A DNA stretch of 64,000 bases, taken from the NCBI RefSeq assembly GCF_041956535.1, contig NW_027192211.1:433995-497994 (forward strand), in the 5' to 3' direction. A program made the translations under genes and the position numbers. Every line of letters begins with the position of its first letter. Within the stretch, counting starts at the first letter, position 1. Positions 1 through 11,359 of this stretch are shown here, piece after piece. The notes below the pieces were generated by a model that saw only the letters and a list, made by a program, of their open reading frames with translations, did no database searches and had not been told where the DNA came from. The DNA is from Calcarisporiella thermophila CBS 279.70 (taxonomy: Eukaryota > Fungi > Calcarisporiellomycota).

Positions 1-835
1 TCTGAAAAGCAAGCGCATACCAAGATAAATGCAGGGTAGTCGGTTCTCTCTAGCGATTTCTTGTGCTCTCAAATGTTTTTTTACGGTGATAGGGTAATAT
101 GTTCCACCCTAGAGAAAGGAGGGGTGAGTAAAAATGTCGATATATTTATAGAAACGCTTGTAGCTCACCTTGACTGTAGGATCATTGGCAACAATCATGC
201 ACTCAACTCTATATCATTATTTTTTTTTGTTTTAACATAGGCAACTCCATAATTTCCAAGTATCAAGACAGTTCGTACCCATTTACACGTCCAATTCCGG
301 ATATAATCCCACCAGCAGGAACAGCCTCTTCATATAGTTCATAACCAGCCAATTGCGAGAGCTCTAAGAAAGGAGACCCATTATCTAATAGTCGCTCAAT
401 TCTAGTTTTTGGACAGAAAGGAGGGGAAGTATTAATTCGCTGCCTATGCCAAGTATGCAATGTACAAAAGTCTACCTATCCCGCGGTAATAATTTCTTGC
501 GCGATAAATGACGCTTTCGCGCGTCCTCTCCTCCGCCCATGCGAATCACCGAGATTTTGGACTCGAGATCAGCAACCAATTCAGCCATTTTCGTCGCGTT
601 TCCCTAAAGACGTAAGGGCACGCACATCATCAATTAGTCCAAAATGGTCTCAGTAGGTGTGTGCAAATATAAAGGGTACCTGAAAATCGGGTGAATTGGT
701 GTCGACATTGTTAGGAAGAATATTCGCCTGGAGTTCGTGCATGATATGGTATCCAGCGCGCGGGAGGACACACGTGACAGAACGCATCATGAAAGGCGTT
801 TGCCTCAACGAAGCTCGAGCAAATCTCGGCAGCAT
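1..835 (-). CDS. MCCC2: 3-methylcrotonyl-CoA carboxylase beta subunit, 5' part (multi-exon, runs off the window start)
   Basis: Arg-rich mitochondrial presequence [12 protein letters not shown]; exons encoding ..[89 protein letters not shown], typical of the carboxyl-transferase subunit. Confidence 0.93.
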
Positions 836-1104
836 GATTTCCTTTGTTTTTTATCGCGTGAATTGCGATGGAAATAAGTTATCTATCGAACTTGACGAAA
901 AAGCGGGGGGATGAGCGTGGGAATAATAGTCATGTTGCGGGCAGGCAAATTCATGTTTAATGACTCGATGATACTAAGACGAAAATTAACTTAAAAATAG
1001 CGTATATTTACAAACAGATTAACTGTTTAATGCATTTCTTTAGTAAAGCTAAAGACGAAAATAAAATAAAATGAAATAGACAGAGCCCAGCTGAGAAATA
1101 TAGC

Positions 1105-3727
1105 TCATCTTGACTTGAAAAACTGCGCGACTTGCTCAATAAGCATCATTTTCTTTGCTACAATCCCAAAAAAACATTTAATATCCTATATTGAATCTGT
1201 AAACCAAGTGTTGTCTGAGATACCTTTTGGCTTTGGCTGTAAGCCAACCGACTCTAACCATTGTTTAATCTGAGGAATGGTCAACTTGAAATGCAAAAGT
1301 CAATAGGCTATCTCAAAATTAATGCTAATACTTTGCCACCTACACTATCGAGCATATTTTCCTCATAGAGTGTACGCATATCCAACTCCCCATTTTGTAC
1401 CCGTGCCTTCTTGGTTGACCTACTGTCGTCTTCCTAAACTCAGAAACAATTCAATCAACTCCAACCTATTCAAAGCCAAACCGGTCCAATCCCAAGTAAT
1501 TCGATACCATTTTTCGCTTTCCTCTGAAAATCTCTTCGTCTTCCACTTTTTGAATGTTTGCCTGTTCTCCAACCAGCTCCTTCAGGCGTAGTATATCCTG
1601 GCCAGCTCGCTTGTGAATTGATTCTGCCTTCGGTAAGGTCTTATCCTCAACGTCTTCCTTCTCAAGAGAAAGTGCAATGTTCTGTAGCGTCAGGTAGTGT
1701 TGCTGCAAACCTAACGACAATTTAAAGTCAACATAAGATTCTTTCGATATGTAAAGTTAGAGTCCAAAGCGTATTTACTGGGGTTTTCATATGCCTCCGG
1801 TTTATATCCTCCTCGGATCACAAGCCGATTAACAATCTGTTTCGCTACATCCGTCATTTCGTCATTAGCAATCGGAAGTTCATTGGCAGGAATTGGACGT
1901 ATATCGTCGAGGTAGGGTAGAAAAATCATATTGAATCCTGGAGGCCTTTCTTGAACCCCCTTATCATTTAGGATTTCAGCCTGTCAAAGCACACGAGAGC
2001 AATGAGACTCTGTGGTGGAGACTTCATGCATGGAAACAAACCTGTGGTATCAGCGCAACAAGTCGAGGTGCAACACATTTCCGCCTTACAAATACACATA
2101 GCGCAAAGCGTTGCATTTTGAGCATCACCTGCCAGAATGCAGAAAAGGCCCGTGTACTCCCGGAATATTCAGAATCATCCGGGTAAATGAAAGATGGATG
2201 CGCTACGTTCATGTCAAACGTTAGCAAGTCAAGAGACTTAAATCCGAGGAGTTTGAGCCCCGGCTCACTAAACGTCTTGATTTTCTCGAGCTCTTCCTTG
2301 GAAAAGACGACCTATATAGTAGGTGGTTTATAAGCAAATTGTCCCATGATCATGTTCTAAAAAGAAATAGATCTACCTTTTCAATTCCGAACGGATAGTA
2401 AAACTTTATATCGTTTGGTAGCACCTTTTCTCCCGTATCCTAGGTAATGTTATTTGAGAGTTAGCGTATTTCCATCAGATACATTAAATAAAAAGCATAC
2501 AGCACAAATCCAGTTTGTCACGGCGCATACTTCTTTGGCCTCTCCGTCCAAATTACTTATTAGTTTATACCGTCCTTTTTTCTGCTCATGTAGTAAGTTA
2601 TACAGTCTCACTCCAATGGTCAGATCAGGAGCAATTTCCCATGGCATGCGGAGTAAAGCGCGCTTTTGTGTCTCACGCCTCCGTACTCTAGAAGGGAGCT
2701 CTTCAAGATTGCCTGAAGTGTCGAGAGCTTGACGCTGGATGGGATCTTCGCCATTTGGTTCCATTTGCTCAAGGATTTCCTATATAAACTAATTAGAAAC
2801 ATGTGCTACAATAAGAAAGGGAGTAGGTGCGTACTTTGTAAAAGGCATCGTAATTGAATTTTTTGTCAGCTTTGTCGATTCCGAACAGTTCAATATATAT
2901 TCCAAGCTCAATCAGATCCTAGAGAAAAAAGAAGTATTAACATTGGTCATTAATGATCTAAACATGAACATATATGCTAACTCTAGCTCTTGTTTTTGCC
3001 GCATTCCTCAAATGTGGGCTCATCGAATGCGGATCGTCCTCATTCGTTATCAGAAAAATACGCCTGGTGCCATTCTTTCGCTTGCATTGAGTGAACATAT
3101 CTATACATGTCCATAGAACTTCGCTCATGGCCAATTCTTCAGAGGATGACCCAAAATATTCTTCAAATTTTGTGCGGTCTAATAGATTCAATCCTAAATT
3201 ATGGCTAGACAAGGGCTATATGATTAAGTTGGAATTACCATATTCAATATTGGAGAGCTCGTTAATGCGGTGAACTCCAGGAATGTCTAGTTCCTGAAGA
3301 ACATGTATATGCCGAAAGTTGCTAGAGTTTTTGGATTTCTCCTACATTCGTAAGGGATTAATCAGCATTGAGCAGGTAACTTTCAAACTAAATGTAATCC
3401 ATACCGTGCCATAAAGTAATACGCCAACATAATCCCCTTCGCTTCCGATTACTTTGTTTTTCATAACGGAAATTGCACTTTTAAGAGCGGTATAAAAGGG
3501 TATTTCAGGTTCGCTATCAGAATGCTTGGTTAACATAGAAGGCGAGCAGTCAATTACAAAAAGAATGGAGTCTTTTTTTTCCCATAATGGCTAAAAAAAG
3601 ACGAAAAAAGATTTGAATGCTGATCGGAATTGCATGAAAAAAAAAATACTCTGACAAAGTGTATTACCACAAGGTCTTCGTTTTCATCCTCTTCTAAATC
3701 ATCAAACGGTGTCAGCTGGCTAGCCAT
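1105..3727 (-). CDS. KU70: Ku70 (NHEJ DNA end-binding subunit), multi-exon
   Basis: vWA domain (SILFVIDCSPSM, DYVGVLLYGT, RRIFLITNEDDPH), Ku core (PGLKLLGFK, HPSFIYPDDSEYSGSTRAFSAFW, PPGFNMIFLPYLDDIR, YENP-LQQHY) and C-terminal SAP-like segment (LTIPQIKQWL); ATG 3727, TGA 1105. Confidence 0.95.
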
Positions 3728-4696
3728 TATATATTATTTTAAATTTCACAAATCAACTGAATCTTCAATGTTCTCAAGATTACAGCGTTAAAACGCGTTC
3801 TGGATAATGCAGTCACAACGCGAGATCATTTAATCCATATTAAGAGAGAATTTAGGCAATAGCCAATTTTCGGACCAACTCGGTATTAGGAAGGAAGAAG
3901 AGGGGATTTAGTAGCAAAATTGATTTTTTTTTTTGTTAGGAGGATCTTTATTAAATAGTATCCTTTATTGTTCTTAATAAAGGATATTGATGGATATCAG
4001 AAAACAAGAAATACATGCAAGAATTGGGAGTGTACAGAGAGTGTGTATACCTTTCCTATTTTTTCAAGGAGAAATGTAGAATACGAGAGGGAGAAAGAAA
4101 GAGGATAAAAAAAAAGATAATACGTGTGGTAAGGTATTCGATTTAGCCGTATTGGAGCTAAGTGTTTTGGATGAAGGATATTTCGTCTCCTTGGACTTGT
4201 ATCCATCTTCCCTTACGCCAAAGCTCTTGGAAAATTGATAGAGAAAACTTAGGCACACATTCGAAAATAATAGCTTGTGAATCCATAATTAGTTTCATTA
4301 ACAGAAAGGATTCCTGCAACAATAAAAAGTATGAAATCTAAAGTAGATCTTGACATCAAAATATCATGGATTAAAAGAATAGTTTAATGGCTATTAAGGA
4401 GCATAATACTGTACAGTTTAATATCTTTATTGAAGAGATATGTAGTTAAAGGCCATTAAAATTTCAGCCCACCCCTCATTTAAACGACAATTTAGACACA
4501 AATACTTTTGAGATTAGCTCGTATATCCATATTATTGATCGAATAACAGGTATAGGTAAATATGTTTTACAGTGAATTCTCAATTAGGATGCAGGCCTTA
4601 TACTCTCCTTATTTTACAGTGGTTTTAGTACAATACATGTTCCATTAATTATTGACCCTACCCCAATTTTAGAGGCCTTGTTGACCTTCTCTTCTA

Positions 4697-5839
4697 CTAA
4701 ACTTCTGCGTTCAAAACATTGGAGCTAGTCTCCGGTGCGTCAGTTGAAGAAGTTGAACTACTCCTCAAAGCACTGAAAATCTTGTAGTGTGAGAGAGCCC
4801 GCACGACAGCTGGATTGAGTAGAAACACGATCAAACTTAAGATACCCTGTAGTCCGGATGTGATCGCCTCGACTTGCATGGCTATTAGGCAGGAGGGTGT
4901 GAATCCTTGTTGCAGAATGTAGATCCAGCCATAGCTGATTCCCGCAGGACAACATATCGCGAGAACCACAGGATAGAGTAGGATTCGTAATGTGGAGTAG
5001 GTAAACCGGCGTTCTCTTTTCTGCATTTCCGAGGGCATGGACCCGAGGTTCTCGTGGATAACACGTAGAGATTTAAAAACGCGAAATATGACAGCAAGAA
5101 TGATGATAAATGAATACAAAATAGCGGATATCATCCAGATATCGTAGGCGAGAATTTCAATCAAAAGTCCCGAAGTGGTATCTAAACTATATAAATTATT
5201 TGCTGCATGTATGCGGGCTCTACTTTAGCATTCGTAGTGGCAACTCCAGCACCAGAATAATTCTTACCAATTCTGCATCCCAAATCACATTTCCGACAAT
5301 GGCTACTGGTAGATTTAGTAGTAAACTTGCCAGCATTGTTAAAGGGCAGTACAGCCGCTGAATTGCCTTTATGTTATTGCGTCGACAAAGGAAACCAAGA
5401 TGTAAATCGAGTGCAATTGCAGTGCTAAGAAATGCAAACCACATTGTAAAAAAATAATTCGTAAAGATTAAAAAGCGAGGAGACCAAGGCATTGGTGAGA
5501 TGATGGTGTTCACGATGGAGGGATCGCTACGGACGAGAAAGTTAGACTTCGGAAACAGATAAATAGGCCTCAGTTTCCTGTTCTGAAAAGGTGCGGCAAG
5601 TTAGCTCTTACACGAGAAAATATATCCACGAGCCCTATCCAGAGTGAGAGCTTAAGCGATATTGTGTTCGCGACGGCAGGGTGCTTGCACCGGAGATGTA
5701 TGGCTATTCCCATCATTATAATAGCACATATTATGGATGTAATGTGGAGCCAGTTATAGTGGGCTGGAACTGGTTGAGCGCCATTATGGGTAGACTCAAG
5801 TGCGCTGTTTTGATATTGCACCGAGTTCATATTGTGCAT
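4697..5839 (-). CDS. Seven-transmembrane receptor, fungal Git3/cAMP-receptor-like GPCR (second splice junction not cleanly in frame)
   Basis: Three ORF pieces give about 7 hydrophobic helices with IALDLHL at the end of TM3, RILLYPVVLAIC (TM6) and LQGILSLIVFLLNP (TM7), typical of CRL/Git3-like GPCRs. Confidence 0.75.
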
Positions 5840-6931
5840 GCATACTAGTAACACGAGAGAGCATCATCTAGCTCCGAGGCAAATGGTGGTTGTAAGTGAG
5901 CGCCGAGCCGCTCTGCCAAAAGGTTCCGAAACTAGGCTTGTATGTCTCATATCCAACTTTGGATTTTTCGTTATTAATTCAAAATAGTGCAAAACTTCCC
6001 CTTGCGATGAGAAATATCCTAATCAATATAAGGATGGGCTTCCCTTTTGGGCGCCCTAGGCGAAGGGGTGGGCCGCACATGATTATTGTGTATTGGGGTG
6101 ATGGTGATCTGAACCCTAGATAAAACAATTCGCTGTGTATACTCAGAGGGTCCAACCTGAAGATCATTTCATTATCCAACACATGCAATTTAGGCCTCCG
6201 TGCCACATCCAAACTAATGGTGAGCTAGGTTTCTGGTGGGCAATTTCGCTTAATTTTTTTAGCCCTTTTCCCCAAGGGGGTTGTGGGATTAGATTAAATA
6301 AGCTTAAGAACAAGCAAGGAGACTGGTTAGACGTTGCTCAGACGTGAGAACGCGTAGAGTAAAAATAATACCAATTAGGCTGCATCCGAAATATTTGCCA
6401 TTTTAAGATGCTGCTGGTGAGGGTATAGTAACCTGAGCATCTGTTAAATAAACGGTTGTCCGGATCACAAGTGATATCATTATTTGCCAGCAACGTAAAG
6501 AGCATAGGACAGAATAGCTTCAATCAATTATTTCGTGAGTTCGGCTGAACTTTGATAAAAGACTACTCAGCATTTTTGTGGGAGCTAGCGAGCAGCCTTG
6601 TGGCATTCCAATCTAGATTAAAAATGGGAGTTCTAGCCTGGGAGAATGGGCTTAAGACTTTTTATGATACGAGAGCTAGAGGCTAAAATGATTGTGAAAT
6701 TTAATTTGATGGCGGTAGTACCTGTTTAGATGGTATCCATAAGACTGCACTCCACACATCTAAAAATCAACAGAAATATTGCACATTTCTCTATTGGTGG
6801 TTAGCAGGGTAGCCTCAGTTTAAACATATTTTATAAGCTTTAAAAAGGATCTCATACAAATATAAAAATAACCATCAAATACATTGAGGAAGCGTCAGAC
6901 GCTTTATCTGTTTATTCGTCAGAGATTTATT

Positions 6932-7853
6932 TTAAATCTTCCATCCACGGACTTCTGTCCAACGCCATCCGCTCCATCGCAAACTCCCGAATGATACTCC
7001 CACTGCAAGTCCGCCCACGAATATTAAGCAGGCAATCCAGCCTGGAATCGTAATCTCTCTTTGATACCACCACTTGCCTTCATTCTTTTTCTCGTTATGA
7101 TTTTTCTCGGGTTTTGCAGAGCGCTTTGCATCAGTAAAGCGGTGATGTTCGGTTGCTGAGGAGAGAGGCGAGGACTTAGAGGAAACATGCTCTTCGGCAG
7201 AATGCTCCCCGCTATGTGTGGATGCACGGCTTCCGGGTCGTTTCTGTTCATTAAAATCTTTAGGCATTATAAGATTTATTCTTTCGGAGGCTGCAGTTCC
7301 TGGCTGATACATCCTTGGGGAACTTGTTGCAGGCGATAAGATACGTAAACTCTCATCTGTCACCAGTGAGTTATTAAAGGCGGCTCGTCTACCATAAAAC
7401 TTGGCGTTAATCTCAATTTTAATATATGCATCTTCACATATATATTACATCGCATCCTCCAGCCTCTCCTTCTCTGCGTATTTTCTACTTCCTTCCTCTT
7501 CCTCTCCAGTTACCCCCACAGCAGGAGGTGGAAGTCTGCTCTCTAGCTCTCGCTGCCATTCTCCGGCTATAAGAACTCCACTATTAACAAGTTCAGGGGT
7601 TGGGGCATCGGCAGGGGAAACACTGTCCCATGAACCTTAAAATAAACGTAAGTATGAATAAGTGAAGAAGGACATAATAACTAGAATGGGGCGATTAATT
7701 ACTAGACATTCCGGTGGGAGTTTCGGTTCCGCTGATGCGGATAAAACCAAATGGTGGCGTAGAAGGATCTATCTGTTCCGGGTTTTGCGATTGAGACTGT
7801 CTCTGCCTGTCGCTCGACTGCCAGTTAGGACGTGTGGTGTTGAAGGATTCCAT
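6932..7853 (-). CDS. Tail-anchored, largely disordered protein with an N-terminal WxxV motif (candidate autophagy receptor); 3 exons
   Basis: Spliced model MESFNTTRPNW...TPTGMSSSWDSVSP...; Ser/Pro/acidic body; single C-terminal TM IPGWIACLIFVGGLAVGVSFGSL followed by a short basic tail. Confidence 0.7.
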
Positions 7854-8345
7854 GTTGGCCGTATATATAATGGGAACTATTGCTGACAAAAAGAATTTAT
7901 TGATCCAATAGTTAATAACGGCCAAAAATTAAAATTACTGTTATATCTAAATCTAAACGTCAGTGTCCAACCGCAAATAAGATGAACGAATGGTATGAAT
8001 CGGACAAGAGCGAGATGAGAAAAATGAAGTCCTTATATATGATTTTATCGTGTGTATAAGTAGTGTGAACGCGAGTAATGGAATGATTTCACGGCTAAAG
8101 AAAAATTGCCACTTTGCAGAACTCGTGAAAAAATTGGCGAATAGAATTAAATGTCCCCGTACAGTAACTCTCGAGGAAAAAAATGGCGAAAATGTATAAA
8201 GGAATATCAAGTTTTTGTATAAATATAATTGGAGAAGTAAGAGTATCTTACAAATTCTAAAGATAAAAAACCCAATTATCCACACGTGCAATAAAAACCT
8301 TTAAGAAAAATGATAATCAAAGCTGTTAAGTGGAAAACGAGTGAG

Positions 8346-11258
8346 TTATATAGCTTTTGCTTGTAGTCGCTTTACTTCTTCCGGCGAGAATTTCAGAATG
8401 GTGGCCAATACCGGCACGAGCTGTGGTCGCATCGGCTTTACCTCCAAGAATCTTAGAATGACATGGCGTACATATTCCAAGTTGACCTCTTCTTCCTTAG
8501 TGGTCGGCATGTTGGTTAATAAGGGGGTTGCAGGAGGAGTTCCCTGTTTTCCGCTCCCTCCTGGGAGGGGTGGCGACCCGGATGGAGGCTGGGGAGAGGT
8601 GGTTGTAGAGGATACGGGTGTAGATGAGGAAGGACGATCAGTGTTATTCTGTAGTTTTGAAAGTTTTCGCACTTCCTCTTTTAGCGTTTTGTTGACGGAT
8701 CTGAGATGGCCCTCGCGTACTTTAGATTCCTCGAGATCCTTGGAGAGGGAGTCGCATTTTTTGAATGCCTGTTCCGCTTGTTGACGTGCGGCCTCCTATT
8801 GTTTCCATTTGAAAACCAAAATAGTTAGATTGGCAGAGAAGATAAAAAGATTTAGCCAACTACATACCAATTCTTTTTCCATCTCCGTCGACTGGTTAGC
8901 GAGCTGTGTGATTTTCTCCTCCAATGCTTTGACTTTACCTCGCAATACCTCGCCTCCATTCTTCAATTGCTTCACTTCTTCCGCTCGCCCGATAAGGTCA
9001 CTATTAATCTGATTTATTTTCTCGTCTTTCGCCTCCAGCTCCTGTTTTAAGGCCTCTTTTTCTAATGAGAAGCTATCTTTTAAGCTAGCCATTTCTTTTT
9101 CCGCTACTTCCCGTGCCTCCTTTGCTTCCCGTAATTCCTTTCTAACGCGCATCACGGCAAGTTCGTGGCCACGCTCTACTTCAGAGAGTTTCCTCTGTGC
9201 CTCCTCCACTTCTCGTCCTTTTTCCCCAAGCGATTTTCTCAACTCTGCAATCTCCTCTTCAAAAGCTTGCGCACGATCCGTTGCCTCCTTCAACTGATGG
9301 GAAGTCTCGGTGAGGCGATGCTGAAGATTCTCAAGAGCAGACTGTGATGATTCGAACTCAACTTGCTTCACTTGAAGTTGGTCAACAAGACTTTCCTTTT
9401 CCCTTGTCACTTCGGAGTGCGTAGTCTTTAGCTTGGCCAATTCGGCCTGAACTTGGCTAATCTTATGGTTCAGCCGCGAGGTTTCCTGCTTCAATTGCGC
9501 TTCTGAGTTAATCTCATTCTGTTTTAAGGTTTCCTTAGTTCGTGTTAACTCTTCGATAGCCTCTTGCCGATCCTTCTCAAGCTTCAATATTTGCTTCTTG
9601 GTCTTGTTGAGTAGCGCCATAGAACGGTTCACTTTGTCCTCCTCTTCACCGAGCTGTTTACGCAATTGCTCCGTCTCCGAGGTTTTCTCCTCAAATTGAC
9701 GCTTGAGGGTGTCAATGGATTGTTGGAGCTCTGACTCGCGCGCGGTGACTGCGTTTAATAGCGATTGCGTTTCAGAAAGTGATTCGAGTGCGGACGTCTT
9801 AGCACCGTGCAGTTTCGCAAGATCGGACTCGAGAACGTTCCGCGTTTCTTCCGATTTTGCAAAAGCTTGCCCCAGTCTCTCCACCTCCTTGGTTGCATCT
9901 TCGGCTTTCTTCTGAACAACCCCTAGATCCGACTTTGCCGCGTTGAGTTCCTCCGTTAGCTTAGTGACAATAGTTTGCTTCTCCTCCTCGATACTCTTTA
10001 ATCTCTCTTTGGTGTGAGTGAGCTCCGCTTCAAGCTCACTTAATTTTCTATGTCTCTCTTCTTCACTCCCTTCAAATTCTGTCATTTTGGCTTCAAGGGC
10101 CTTGATTTTTTCGGCACTCTCTTCCCGTTCTGTTTCCATCAATTCTCTCAGTTTTCTCGTTTCTCCTTCAGCATGTCTTACGCGCTCCTGTGCTTCCTTT
10201 AATTCTGTTTCAATCCGGTTCTTTTCCTTCAATAGTTCTTCATTTGCAGCGTTCCCTGATTTAGTAGATTCTTCCTCTAACTTCTTATTTATATCCGAAA
10301 TCTCCTCAAGTTTGGCATTCTTTTCCTCCAACTCAGATTTCAGCTTGTCAAGATGACCAAGTGCCTCGTCTTTTTCAGCCTTAAGAGTGTCGCGCTCACC
10401 GCGAAGTACAGTTCGCTCCTCCTCGACTTGTTGAATTTGTTTTTTGAGATTTCCAAGCTGGACCTCAAGCTCAAGTAATTGGTTTTTAGCGTCATCTCGC
10501 TCCTTCTGAAGAGATTTCAGCTCTTCCGAGTCCACACTTGTTTGCTGGATGCGGTTTTTCAGCGATTCCACTTCATTTTTTGCTTCGTCTCTTTCTGCTT
10601 TTATATCTTCAGTTTGCTTTCGGGACTCGTCGAGTTCTTTTCTTAGCTCCTCTTTAGCCTTATTAAGAGAGGAAATCTGGGATTCCAACTCTTGTGCATT
10701 TTTCTGTGCCTGTTCGTGTGCTTCTCTCTCCTTCAAATGAGCTTCTCGCTCAAGCTCAAGTTCTTGGACACGATGCTTAAGCCCCTCTGCGGTGTCAGCT
10801 AGATCTTTCGCGCGACGCTCCATCTTCTTCATAACTTCTTGCATTTCTTTCTTCGCATCATCCTTCTCCTTGATGGCTTGATCACGAACCCTCTGAACCT
10901 CTTCGAGATTCTTAGTCACTCTATCCTTCTCTGCAACCAATCCTTCATATTCCTTGGTGAATTTTCGCTGGCGTTCCTTAGATTCCTCTAGTTCAAGGCG
11001 AAGTTCGTCACGTGCTTCCTGTAATTTGGTGATGAGGACTTGATATTGCTCTACTTGGGCTTTGGCAGCCCCAAGTTCTTCAATCTGCTTATCACGAGGA
11101 GAATCGTTAGTTGTTTGATCGGGAGGGTGCTCATCTGTGGAGTTTGGAGCAGAGGCGGGGGATGAACTTGCAGCTTCTTCTTTAGACTCCTTACTGGCTC
11201 CCTTTTTGCCCGATTTTTTTGTCATCCTTTGCAACACTACGATCGCGTCTAAGGCCAT
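8346..11258 (-). CDS. GRIP-domain golgin (Imh1-like), long coiled coil; one intron near 8796-8866; start at 11258 or a nearby downstream ATG
   Basis: About 900 aa of E/K/Q/L heptad-rich sequence ending in the GRIP domain VNLEYVRHVILRFLE...LVPVLATILKFSPEE. Confidence 0.88.
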
Positions 11259-11359
11259 ACTTCGAATATATACTTAATGCCTGCGCCACTCATTGCAATA
11301 ACCTCTTACTTTCAAAATCCGTTTTAATTTTTTCTTTTAGTGTCGAGATTTGATAACCA

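Noticed and set aside
3958-3967. GTATCCTTT, resembling a U12 5' splice site (also ATATCCTTT near 53406)
   Set aside because: One is intergenic and the other lies in an uninterrupted RTG2 frame; no matching U12 branch or acceptor is needed
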